A stretch of 64,000 bases of DNA from Macrostomum hystrix (lineage: Eukaryota > Animalia > Platyhelminthes). How positions within the stretch are numbered: position 1 is the first letter of the stretch; each line of letters begins with the position of its first letter. The stretch covers positions 1-64,000 of the forward strand of contig CATNEN010000027.1 in assembly GCA_950097015.1 (NCBI GenBank). Reading direction: 5' to 3'. A program made the position numbers and the translations under genes. This document shows, in pieces, positions 1-11,679 of the stretch. A model generated the notes under the pieces. The model ran no database searches. It was not told the origin of the DNA and saw only the letters and a program-made list of their open reading frames with translations.

Positions 1-3000
1 AAGTACTCAGAAATTCGCCAGTTCCACAAGGTCAGCGATGGTCGATGCGGTTGTGTGTGGAAGCAGCGGTCGCTAACATACCGAATCTGTAAGTGCCGAA
101 AGCCAGGGCATTCAACTCGTTGTTTGAACAACCGTGTACTGCGCTTTGAGAAAATCAGCTTCCACAGCGTTGCTGGAAAACGTACTTGCCGGCGTGACAT
201 AAAGCGTCATGACAAACCAGTTCATTGTAAGGCTCCATTCAGTCGACCAAGCGCATGCAAGCGGTGTGGCTTCGCTGTGCGGCATTACGTCTACAAGCAC
301 ATCAACTGCAAGTGCGTTGCACAACTACTGCGAGTGCAACCACTGAAATGCTGCTGCCCAAAACATGTCACTAAACACTCATGCGACGCTAGCCGTCACC
401 TGAAAGTGGCAATCACTACCAGCTACATTCTGCGTCATCACGCATGCCATCGTAAACGAATAGTTCGAACTCAGCGAGTCCGCTGTGGACGAAAAGCTCC
501 TGAATATAGCGTTTCCAATTGTTACAAGGGCTTCAGAAAAGTTACTAAGACAGTGCACTACGCTGTCGCATGCGGATGCAAAGCCAGGGTAACGCAACAC
601 AAACAGCGTTGCTCTTGTTCGAAGGCGAGGATTTACCATCGCGGAAAGTGTGGTCGCTGGTTCGCTCTTGACACTTGGCTAGCCTACAAGCTACAGCCCA
701 CAGGAAAGAATATCCCTGGAACGAACAAGCCACAGATGAAATGCGTGAAGTACGTCAGTCACCGGCAAAAGCGTCGTTGTCGCTGCCCGAAGGGTTATAG
801 AAAGCGTATATGTAAGTCCCATAATCTTGAGGTTTTCGTGACTGTTACATACCAACTGCGTGGCAACAGTTGCGAGCGAAAACGTAATGAGCACAAAAAC
901 CGGCTGCCATGCTCTACAAACTCACGATTGGTGCGCGTTGAAACCGAACCTCGAAAATGTAGCAAACACAACGGCTTTATTCAAGTTCTAAAGTACATTT
1001 ACGTGCAAGCGAAGAACTGCAAATGTGTTTATTCACTTAAGAAGCGAAAGCGCGTCTGTGACTGCCTGAGAAAATACGGTCGGAAGAAACAGACCCGCTG
1101 CGTTGGTAGCAACCGATTGGTGACGACCACCACATGGTGGGTGCCCAAGGGCGATGGTTGCACGCGACGCTCTCACGACTCGGTATTCATTGTCAACTGC
1201 AAGGGCGGATGGGAAAAGCGTGGCAATTGTGAGCGCAATGGTTTGCGTACCTATTGGTTATATCAAAGGCGCGCTAGTCGTTGCCGCTGCGTATTGCAGC
1301 TAGTGCGACGTGTTGCTGTACCGTGCAGGTAAGAGTATGATCAGATTTGGATATTTGTCTTCGCCTTACGAATTACTACGAACGTATTTTATCTCCACGC
1401 ATTTCAGGTGCCGAAAGTCGGTCGCTACAAAGCGTTGCCTTTCCAATCATTGGGTAACGGTCACAGAAAACTGGCGTCTAGTAGGAAAGAAACTGAAAGT
1501 ACGCTGTCAGCTAGAAAAGCACGTTCGTAAGCACCGGGTTCCGTGTGCTGTCGGTCACTCCGTTGAGCGCTCGGGTTGCAATTATCAGGGTATTCGACAC
1601 TTTACAACAACAGTTAGAACCCTCAAAAACTGTCACTGTCTTAAGCGCGTGACCCGACGCAACTGTCGATGCCGCTGTCGCAAGCCTACAATTAAGCGCT
1701 ATTGTAGCAGCGGCCGTATTTGGGTGACAGTTAAAGCGAAGTCGACTCTTCACAAGTGCGTGTGCTACAGAGACAGAAGTGTCTCTCGTCAGTCAGTGCG
1801 TTGTAAGAAGACGCATCGAAGCAAGGGTCATTGTACCAGAGGTCGTGATGGAGACAAGTACCGAAAGCTGACTGAGACTAAGTGGTTAGTACGTCGCTGC
1901 AAGTGTCAACGCAAGCACAAGGTTCACCATCAACTCTGTGGTTGCGACAAGCGTCGCCAAGTTAAGCGCAAGTGCGAAGCTGGCTTTATCAAGGTTTTGA
2001 AAGTCACCGAGCGACAATTAGTTCGTGGCCAATGTCGTCGAATTCAAGTAGTCTTACAGCGGGAACGAGTACGCTGTGGTGGTGTGAAGGTAAAGCGAGT
2101 TTGCCACAAAAAGTCAGGCGTCCTTAGCATCTTCGTCACGAAGACATACGTCAAGAAGTGCCATTGCTTTAGCAAAGTAACACGTCACTTGCGCCGTTGT
2201 GGTAAGCCCTTTTCGGACTTTTCATATTAGAATTCTCGATCGCATAATTTGATGGACTGAATATACGCAGTGTAATTTCATTTCTAGGCTGTCATAATGG
2301 AAGCAAACTTGTGTCTACTGGAAGCTGCAACAAAAAGTCTTGCCGTCAGAAACTTCTGTTTAAAAAACAAGTTCTGAAAGACGAGAGTTGCATCTGGAAG
2401 AGTTATCACAAACATCGTGTATGCTGTTGCAAAGGTTATGCGCGTCGAGTTAAATGCATCTACAAACAGGGATACCTTGTTACGACTGTCACTAAGCGGG
2501 TTCTAAAACACTGGCATTGTATCAAGGTAGTGACAAAGAACAGCAAGAAAGTTAGTAAGTAATAATTAAGTAGATTGCTGCGAACCATTGTTATAACCTT
2601 CAGTTTGGCATATAACATATGGCCTAAAAATTTTTCAGAGTGCAAAAGAAACCCTACGGTCCGCAAGCAAAAGCTCTCTAATGGAGTTCTTAAGGTGGTC
2701 AGTTGCTGGGTTGTCCGTCAAGGCTGCGGCTGTGCTAAGCGTTGCAAGACAGTATTCCGAAAATATAGTGAGTAAATAGCGATGCTTTGAATCTTAGTCT
2801 GCAGGATTTTACGATTATTCTGCTCTGATTCTACTCTCAGTTACTATTCTACGCTTCAAAAATATTTCAGAATGCAACAAGCCAATCCGACGACTTGTAT
2901 GCAAGTGCAAAAATGGGCGCTGCCACCAACACACGTACATCACAGTATGGCATCTATCGCATGGTCGATGCCTCAGACAAACGCGTTGCACTGACAAACC

Positions 3001-6000
3001 AATCTACTGCAAGCCAAGCACTTCTTCTCGAACGCACTGCAACAAGCGAACAAGGTACGGCTTCTATTACGTGGAGACGACTGTGTCTTGGTACCAGAAG
3101 TCCTGCAAGTGCCACAGAAGAATCCGAACTAGGTCAGTGGTCTGCAGCTGCTTTAAGCCAGAGAAAAATACCTACTGCGAACGAGGCCACATCGTCACAG
3201 TGAATGTGTCTTATCAATTGAGCCGCGGCAAGTGTGAGAAGGCTGTAAGACGTCGATCTTATGCTGTCAAATGCAAAAACGCTTGGCGGCTGTCACACCA
3301 CACATCAGGCAGCCCAATCTTCTACAAAGTTTATGAGCGCTTCGTGCTATCTGGATGCAGATGTGTCCGACAAACCAGACGCGAGCCTTGTCACTCTCGG
3401 TGTCGCGGCTGCACTCTCACGTACAAATGCGAGCATGGCAAAAATCTTATAGCCGTGAAAGTTTGCTGGCGTTTGGTTGGCTGTCGCTGTGTCAGTTACA
3501 GTAGAGTCACACGTAAACGAGTGCATTGTCCAAGGACGACAAGACGCAGCCACTGTCACAACTGCAAGCGTACAGACTTTACAAAAGAATACAGCGTTCA
3601 CAATTGTAAGTGTCACTTCAAAACATGGTCGAAAAAGAGCATGTGCTGCTGCCCTAAGCCTACCAGCGTAAAAGCTTGCATCCGTGGTACGGTGCGCACT
3701 AGAAGACTCACGCATAAGCTCAAAAACGGCCGCTGCTACTCCAATACACATGACTCATACAGACCTGTGAACTGCTCACGTCGCGTATCCAAAGCTATAG
3801 AAGGCAAGTGCCAGCAGGGAAAGCAGAAGTACAGCGTTCACTTCTGGGTGAAAATCGGCTGTCGCTGCGTGCGTCGTGTGCGCTTCGAATACCGCAAGTG
3901 TGCTTGCGCTCACAAGGCTGTTGAGCTTTACCTTGTTGTAGACCTTTTCGGCAAGGACAGGCGCGGATACAAGGAAAGAGTAGCTAACTTCCTACGGACT
4001 GTATGCAAGTACTTTGAGCAGACGTCAGCCAGAGTTCGTACAACTCTGGTTTCTTATAACTGGAGCGTGCACGTGCAAAAACTTAAGCATGTGAAGTACC
4101 TGCCGTTTAAAGCATTCACAAAGAGCAGTACGAACCTCTGCGCAGCCCTTGGTGAAGTGAACAAACGTCTACATACCCGGTCTCAGTCGGGTGTCGAGAA
4201 GATTGTTGTGGTCATTACATGTGGCAATCATATTAAACGACGCAAGACAGTTGAACTGGCGGACAAGATCAAGCGCAAGGCCAGCCTGTTTGTTGTTGGA
4301 TTCCAGCCAATCCCCAAATCAGGTCGCTATATCAAGTGGTTAGCCTCTAAGCCAACCAAGCTGCACTATATGGAGCTAGGCTTTTACCGCAAGTAAGCGA
4401 GACTGCCTCTTAATTATTTTTACACTTTTATCTACTGCAATGTATTGAGTAAATTCTTCACCTTGGATAAATTTGCAGGTATCGCTTTTCCGCGACACGT
4501 CTGTTTGAGAGGATTTGCAAAAAGGCCTGTGATAAGCCAGTCCTTCGACACTCCGTATGCCAAAAGCAAAACTGCCGTAGAGTTTACACTCGCATCACAT
4601 TCCATCTCGATACGCGCACTAAAAAATGTGTCCGCCGATCCAGCAGCTGGTGGAAGCTGTGCTGCTGCGTTCATCGCGACAGTAGCCACAAGGAGTGCCA
4701 CAAAAACCGGTTGTTCAAAGTTTTTATCACCTACAAATTCCGCAACCACGCGTGTCATCGGCGCGTTCAGAGACATGACATTTCTTCTCACGTCTATGCG
4801 TCTTGCCAGCCTCGCCAGGCGATTCGTCATGGACCGTGTCGCAGAGACGGTTGGAGGAAAGAGACAACTGAAACTCGACACGTTTCGGGTTGCCGCTGTC
4901 GACTTGCCCGCCGACACCGCCTTATTCGGTGTCGTTGTCCGAAACCTTATTTGCGCAGCGTCTGCATTAGAGGCGATAGCGTGCAAAACTGCCGCTACAC
5001 CTACACTCTCACGCCGTCTGCTTGCATCTTACACCGAAACTGTTACACAACTCGCGTGATTTGCAACCGTCGCCAGAATTTCAAGGGCAAATGCGATCGT
5101 TTCAGCTGCAACAGAAGCATGGGAAGCGTATGGTACACAGTGCAGAACTGCCGCTGCGTGCGCCATTCTCACGCATGGAAAGTGACTTGCTGTGAGTTCA
5201 TTGTAATCATCACTGATCTCAGATTTGATTTGTCTAATTGTATGAATTATTATTCCAGCAAAACTTAACACCCCATTCCAGGCTGTAAGAGACAGTACAA
5301 GAAGGTTCGCTACTGTGACAAGCGTCGTCACGAACACGTTGAGGTACAGTCCTGGCTTGAATTCCGTGGATCTGGTTGTCGTCGGGTGTCTCGCAAAATT
5401 GTTCGTCCTGTCCACTGTCCTGGATGGCGAGTGGAGCGCCTCAAGTGCATCGCAAAACGAGACGGCTACTACCAAACAAAACTGGAGCATCATTGGAAGA
5501 AGAGAGACTGCAGCTGCGTCAAGAGCACACAGTCACGCCAGGAGCTCTGCCGATGCAGACGTGGCTATACAGTGAAGCAGTGCCGCTCTGGCTCCTGGGT
5601 TTTCTTACACCACTGGTGGCAGAAGGATGGTAATAGATGCGTCCATCGCACTCGAGTAAACTCACGTCAGCGTGTGACCTGCAGCTCCAAACGCCACAAC
5701 AAAGTTGGCCCCTGTCGTCACGTGAAGTCGGATGGTAAATATGCGCAGGTTGTGCAGACGTGGCAGCGACGTGTTGGCTGTGGTTGCCAGACAGTCGGCA
5801 CCACCTTCTTCAAGCTGTGTGCCTGTCCAAAATCCTACAAGCGACTCAGTTGTCATGGCAATTATCGAAAGGTTACAACAGTATACCGCTATATCTTGAA
5901 AGGAAAGCGCTGTGAGCTTCGCAAGTTCCCAAGCTACAAGTTGATCCATTGTCCAAAGGCTTACACAAAGGTTTCGAAGTGTCAAGGAAAGACGCAAGCA

Positions 6001-7631
6001 GTCACGGTTGTTCTGCATAAGGTCAGCCGATGCAAATGTTTATCAAAGGTCTACAAACGTTTTGTTCGATGCAAGTCTAAGTGCAGAGATCTGCTGCCAA
6101 CAGGAATTTGCAAAAAGTGGGCTGCTTCAACCAAAATCCACCTGTGTGACAAGTATCCTTACTTCGCCAAGCATCTGTGTGCGATGACTTGTCATCGATG
6201 CTACAGTAAGTACTAACATTTTTACCTCTTTACTTTTACACAAGAAAGAGGGTGCTTTTAAGCTTTTAAAGAAGTATAAACTCTTATTGATACCAAACTT
6301 TCCCAAAAAGATGTACTTTTTTTCGAAAAAAATATCCACAGCTTGTCCGAAAACGCGAGTTGTGTACGCCGGAAATTTCTGTCTCAGCAAGCAGTCTAAA
6401 TTCAGAAATGACTTTATCTTAGCCAAGCGCTCCTCTTTCGACATTTGCTTGCGCAGCTGCCGCCACAATCGAAAATGCCGAGCTTTCGACTACGATCACT
6501 CGTCTCGCAAATGCACCCTGCTGCGTTTGAACCGCAACGGTCTTTTGCTGCGGTTCCCATCGCTAAGGCTGCGCAAAACTCCAGATTGTATCCTGTTCGA
6601 ACGCGTCTGTCCTACAAAGTGCCCCTTCCGTAGCGTCCTGAAACAGTACAAATGTAAGTGCATCAAATTCGGCAAGGACCGCGTGTGCTACCGAGCAGCA
6701 GCAGTTGCTACCTGGAAGCGTGACCGCAGTGGAAAATGCACTAGACAGGTTCACAAACTGGAAGTGCCTTGTCGCAAGTGCGAAGACAGGCGAGCCTTCT
6801 GCAAGAAGTCCAAATGCTCCAAGCCTCTGGTGCGCCATCTCTGTAACTATACCTGCGGCGTTTGCAAGCGTCAGCCGAGGCGCTACCACCGTCACACTCG
6901 CTGCTCCAAGTCCAACTGGCGCAAAGATATTCGAGCCGACATCTACTATGACAAGAAGCTGCATTTGTGGCGCGTCCGAGTCACAATCAACCGCCAGCGA
7001 TGCGTCCAATGCCCCGTTGGCTCCTACCGACTCATTGGAGCGTGCAAGAACGGCAAAAGGAAGCTGACTAAGATTGTTGCCCGCTACGTTCACGAAAAGT
7101 GCCGCATTAGCTCACACACCACATTGGCAAGCTGCAAGGACTGCAGCCTCGCCACCAAGAAGCAGGTTTACAAGTGCCAACTAAGCGGCAAGCGCTGGAT
7201 CCGCAAGGTTGTCACCCAATACACCGTCCGCCTGCACGGCCACTGCGTTGTTCGCCGCAGCCTTGCCATATTCTCCTGCTCGCCAAAGTGTTCGCGCGAT
7301 CGGACCAGCGTGTCACCGTGCAAGTGCGGCAAGCGAATCCGTTGCGTGCAATACTACATCACCTATCCTGGCTCGCATGTGTGCGTACCAAAGAGCTACA
7401 CTGCCAGCGAGAAGTGTGTCTCCAAGAGCGGTGAGTCACTTTCTTCAACTTCATAGTTTTTCTACGTCAAAATTACTGAAACAAGACTTCATGCAAATAT
7501 CACCTCTGATTTTTACACTTTCAGATTGTCGTGACAAAATCCGGCCCATAGACTGCCTGTTCGTGAAGAAGACCAAAATGTGCCGGTCGATGCGAACATT
7601 GTGCGCCAAAACATGCGGCTACTGCAAGTAG
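1..7631 (+). CDS. Second, inverted copy of the giant Cys/Lys/Arg-rich protein gene (last 9 exons, ~2,290 aa visible, 5' part outside the window)
   Basis: Exons 1-1328, 1408-2201, 2288-2554, 2639-2767, 2871-4392, 4479-5191, 5282-6205, 6342-7430, 7525-7631. The frame is open from base 1 (KYSEIRQFHKVSDGRCGCVW...). The ORF track mirrors the 11.7-19.3 kb region. Confidence 0.88.
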
Positions 7632-7696
7632 TATAAGCTCTGAAACTGAAAATCATCGTGACTGGATATATTTGTTTAACTTCAATTGAATTTTTC

Positions 7697-7733
7697 AATA
7701 AAACGGAGACTGAATTGATTGAACCAAAATAAA
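7697..7733 (+). terminator. Polyadenylation signals (AATAAA at 7697 and 7728) of the + copy, mirrored at ~11578-11614 on the minus strand
   Basis: Two AATAAA hexamers 66-100 nt after the stop codon, followed by T/GT-rich sequence. Confidence 0.55.
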
Positions 7734-7929
7734 AATGTTTCTGTCTTGTGGTGGAAAAGTTGGATTGCTATACCAATCTTAATTTATTTTCTTTACGTTT
7801 TCTACTTGTTGTTACTATGTTGCTGTATTCGATTATATTTGATGGCTGAAGGATTTCGATTGGCCAGATGGTTTGTGGATGGTTGAGTGTTAAATTTATA
7901 GAATGGCAGTTAGATTCTTAGGGGGTAGA

Positions 7930-8139
7930 AAGATTGGTAGGCGGGTAGGTACATTGGTAAGAGGGTAGGCCCATTGTTAGGTGGGAAGGTACATTGTTAA
8001 GAGGGTAGGTACATTGGTAGGAAGGTAGGAACATTGGTAAGAGGATAGGCACATTGGTAGGTGGGTAGGTACATTGTTAAAAGGGTCGGTGCATTGGTAG
8101 GAGGTTAGGTACATTGGTAAGAGAGTAGTGCATTGGTAG
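7930..8139 (+). repeat. 20-bp minisatellite family (CATTGGTAGGAGGGTAGGTA-like), degenerate, containing the inverted-repeat breakpoint
   Basis: Repeated CATTGGTA/CATTGTTA units. Same family as the 33945-34800 array. Short tracts recur at ~8484-8522 (+), 9396-9500 (-) and 11319-11380 (-). Confidence 0.85.
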
Positions 8140-8483
8140 GCTGTAAATTTGTCGACGTTAAAGACCAGATGCATGATCAGTTCATGTTTGGACTCTACAG
8201 CAAGGAAATTCTGAGGAAACTGCTGGAGGAGAAGATCGAAGATCTAACGTGGGAGAAGGTTACGACCGTGGCGGCAGCATGTGAAGCTGTGAAGCGTGGT
8301 GAGAAAGACATGACTGGATCCAGAGTCCTGCAAGCTCGAATGACTAGAGGAGGACAGCAGCGTTCGGTGTAAGCGCGAAAGGAGTCTAAGCCAGACGGAA
8401 AGCACCAAAGACAGATGACGTGCTTTTGCTGTGGGAAACCCGGTCACGCAAAGAGTGATCTTTGCGTAGGTGGTGGTCTCACG
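8140..8483 (+). mobile_element. gag: Ty3/Gypsy-type gag fragment (degenerate)
   Basis: GCKFVDVKDQMHDQFMFGLYSKEILRKLLEEKIEDLTWEKVTTVAAACE resembles Gypsy gag. A zinc knuckle CFCCGKPGHAKSDLC lies at 8421-8465. Interrupted by a stop and a frameshift. Confidence 0.75.
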
Positions 8484-8522
8484 CATTGGTAATTGGGTTG
8501 GTTCATTGGTAGGAGGGTTGGA

Positions 8523-9170
8523 ATGACAGGTGACCGACCTCGCCGCAACGGTAGCACGTGACGCCGCTGCGTTGTTGTGGATTCGAAGGGCCAGTCTGGC
8601 CTACTCGCACCTCGGGTCGTGCCACTTTAGTCGACTACGCTCGGTTTCTTTCCATGCGTTGGATTTACTCCTCCATCGACTTCACCTGATGATGCAGCTG
8701 GCGCAGCTCCTCTTCTTTGTCCAGAGTGGTGGCCGGTGCCTCTGCAGCCAGAACATTCAGTCCGGCTCTGGGTCTCGTTCTAGACTGCGCAGATGATGCC
8801 CTCTGCGCGGCTTCCAGCTGTCGTACTGTCCGAATGGCCTCTGTGAAGTCATTCTCTGCTTTATCATTCGCCTGTAAGAAGCGATTGCCTTGCCACCTTC
8901 CTGTTTTGCTTTATGGAACTCATATCTGCTGGCTATGACGGATTTCTCGCCTTTTATCTCCAGCTTCAGCAGCTTTGCCAACTCGTCGTATGATTTCTTC
9001 TCGACTTCGTCCGGTAGCGTTGCGTCCACCATCAGGTTAAAAGTCCGCTTGCCGACGAGAGCAAGAAACGCGTCGCGCTTTGTATAATCCTTCCAGCCGT
9101 TCAGCTTCGCACATATTTCGAATCGCTGAATCCAACGTCTTGGTTCTTCAGCATCTTCCAGAGGGTCCAT
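8523..9170 (-). mobile_element. gag: Ty3/Gypsy gag fragment, internally deleted or chimeric
   Basis: MDPLEDAEEPRRWIQRFEICAKLNG...FLALVGKRTFNLMVD...SVIASRYEFHKAKQEGG is a gag N-terminus. It then jumps to a C-terminal segment with the knuckle CYRCGEVGH (8530-8556). Confidence 0.8.
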
Positions 9171-9191
9171 CGTTGGAATCCTCGTCGCTAT

Positions 9192-9395
9192 TGTTAGCCC
9201 TTCCGGTAATCACATGATGATGGAGACCGAAGTTCGCTTTAGTGCATACACGTCGCCATTAGCGCACAATTTTATTTTTGCTGCTCAAGCCTCATTTCAG
9301 GTCTTGGCTTGTTTGCCTCAATCTCTCTCACTCTATAGCATTCCAAGTAACGCCCATAGACATCACTTGGCGCATATGCACAACCGTGCCCCACA
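9192..9395 (-). mobile_element. Complete 204-bp LTR with adjacent primer-binding site
   Basis: Minus strand starts TGTGGGG and ends GGGCTAACA, with an internal AATAAA. It is followed by TAGCGACGAG (PBS-like, cf. TGGCGACGAG) and then the gag ATG at 9170. Confidence 0.75.
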
Positions 9396-9500
9396 CTACC
9401 AATGAACCAACCCTCCAACCATTGAACCAACCCACCTACCAATGAACTAACCCTCCTACCAATGTACCTACCCTCCTACCAATTTACCAACCTTCCTAGC

Positions 9501-11318
9501 ACCAATATCGGCACTGTCAATCTCCAGACTGGAACTTCTAGGGGCTCTGATTTTGGCTCGCCTGATGGGCCACGTATCTCAGCAGTATCCTAACGTCTGT
9601 AGACACTTTTGGACAGACAGCATGAACACGCTACACTGGATCAGGAATGAGAACAAGCAAAGGAAGCTCTTTGTGCAAAATAGGGTCAGTGAGATCCGAC
9701 GACTTTCATCACCGTCTGAGTGGCATCACGTTGCGGGCGATGACAATCCGGCCGATTTGCTGTCACGAGGATGTCTGCCCGAGAAACTTCAAAGTGATGA
9801 CAAATGGCTTCGAGGACCAGAATTTCTGACTTCTGTTGATCTACCAAAGATACTGAAACGACAGAAAAAGGAGCTGTCCCTTGCTGTCACTTGCGTTGCA
9901 CCAGCCCTCAATGTCAGCCCTCAATTATTCGTCTCTTCAACAGCAGAACATCCAAATACGATTGACACATCATTATTATCTATTGAAGCAGTTATTGATC
10001 CATCTCAGTTTTCGAGTTGAAAGAAGTTGATTCGAGTTTCAGCCTGGGTTCGACGGTTTATCAGCAATGTCCGCGCTTCACTCAATCAAGAGGAAAGTTG
10101 CATGCTACCATCGATCACAGCAAATGAGTGGCGTGATTCCGAACGTATCTGGCTTCTGGCTTCTATCTGTTCTGACGTCACCAGACCCAGAAATCGACCA
10201 CTTACGTCACCAGACCACAGCTACATCGGTCAATCGAAATTTGAACCTCTTCTTGGACGATAATGGCCTCCTTCGCTGCCGAGGTCGCCTGTCCACCGCC
10301 TTTCATTTCGAGACTAACAATCCAATTCTATTACCGCGTCATACTCAAATCGAACAGCTGATCATTGCTCACTGTCACGAAGCCGTTTGCCATGGTGGAG
10401 TTGGAGACACACTCAGTAAGATCCGAGAAAAATACTGGGTACTAAAAGGTCGTCAGCGTGTAAAACAGGAACTAAAGCACTGCGTCATCTGCAAGAAAGT
10501 CCAAGGTCTTCCCTTTTCCGTGGCCAAGACTCCGCCTCTACCTGGCTTTCGTCTGTCTGACATCCGTGCGTTTCAGACTGTCGGCCTCGATCTTGCAGGA
10601 CCACTGTATTATCGTACGCATAATGCTCAAGAAGGACTGAAGGCATACATCCTGTTGTTCACCTGCTCCTCAACCCGAGCCATACATTTAGAGACTCTCT
10701 CTGACATGACGTCACCTCAATTTATCAACGGTCTGCGCCGCTTCGTTGCCAGGAGAGGTCTCCCTTCGATAATCAGTGACAACGCTCGAACTTTCACTTC
10801 CGCAGCTAAGCTCCTCGACATCCGTGTCAACGACGAGATACAAAACTTCTGCAATTCCAGAGGTATATCTTGGTCCGTCATCCCTGCCAAAGCTCCTTGG
10901 TGGGGTGGCTTCTGGGAGCGCTTGATCAAATCCGCCAAGCTCGCGCTTCGAAAAACACAAAATCCCTCACTGTTAACGTTGGACCAGCTGTCAACTGTGA
11001 TCATTGAAGTCGAAGCGATCATTAACAGCCGTCCTCTGCTGTATGTCCCATCAGACGACATTGAAGAAATAATTACTCCGTCGCATTTTCTGACTCTTCG
11101 AAGACTCACAAAAGAACCTGGTTCACCGAATGAAGTCGTACTGCCACTCCCTAAACGTTTTAGCTTGCATCGCGCGGCTCTGATCGAGTCACTTCTGGAA
11201 AGTCTGGAGAGACGTCTACGCTACAGCGTTAAGAGAGCGATCTGCAACCGTCTGCAAGGGTTCTCGTGAACCGGTGGTCGGCGAAGTGGTCCTTGTAGAA
11301 GGTGAACGTCACCAGAAC
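9501..11318 (+). mobile_element. pol: Bel/Pao LTR retrotransposon pol fragment (RNase H-like region, integrase, start of the C-terminal domain), pseudogenised
   Basis: SISRLELLGA...WTDS...LHWI...FVQNRVSEI...WHHVAGDDNPADLLSRG is typical of Pao. HHCC zinc finger HCHEAVCHGG...CVICKK. Integrase core GLDLAGP...SDNARTF...WWGGFWERLI. Stop at 10018-10020 and frameshifts near 10150 and 11200. Confidence 0.92.
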
Positions 11319-11679
11319 GTACCTTCCCACCTAACAATGGGCCTACCCTCTTACCAATGTACCTACCCGCCTACCAATCTTTCTACCCCCTAAGAATCTA
11401 ACTGCCATTCTATAAATTTAACACTCAACCATCCACAAACCATCTGGCCAATCGAAATCCTTCAGCCATCAAATATAATCGAATACAGCAACATAGTAAC
11501 AACAAGTAGAAAACGTAAAGAAAATAAATTAAGATTGGTATAGCAATCCAACTTTTCCACCACAAGACAGAAACATTTTTATTTTGGTTCAATCAATTCA
11601 GTCTCCGTTTTATTGAAAAATTCAATTGAAGTTAAACAAATATATCCAGTCACGATGATTTTCAGTTTCAGAGCTTATA

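Noticed and set aside
9553-11269. Active retrotransposon or domesticated integrase
   Set aside because: It has an in-frame stop and frameshifts, lacks RT, gag and LTRs of its own family, and is truncated at both ends.
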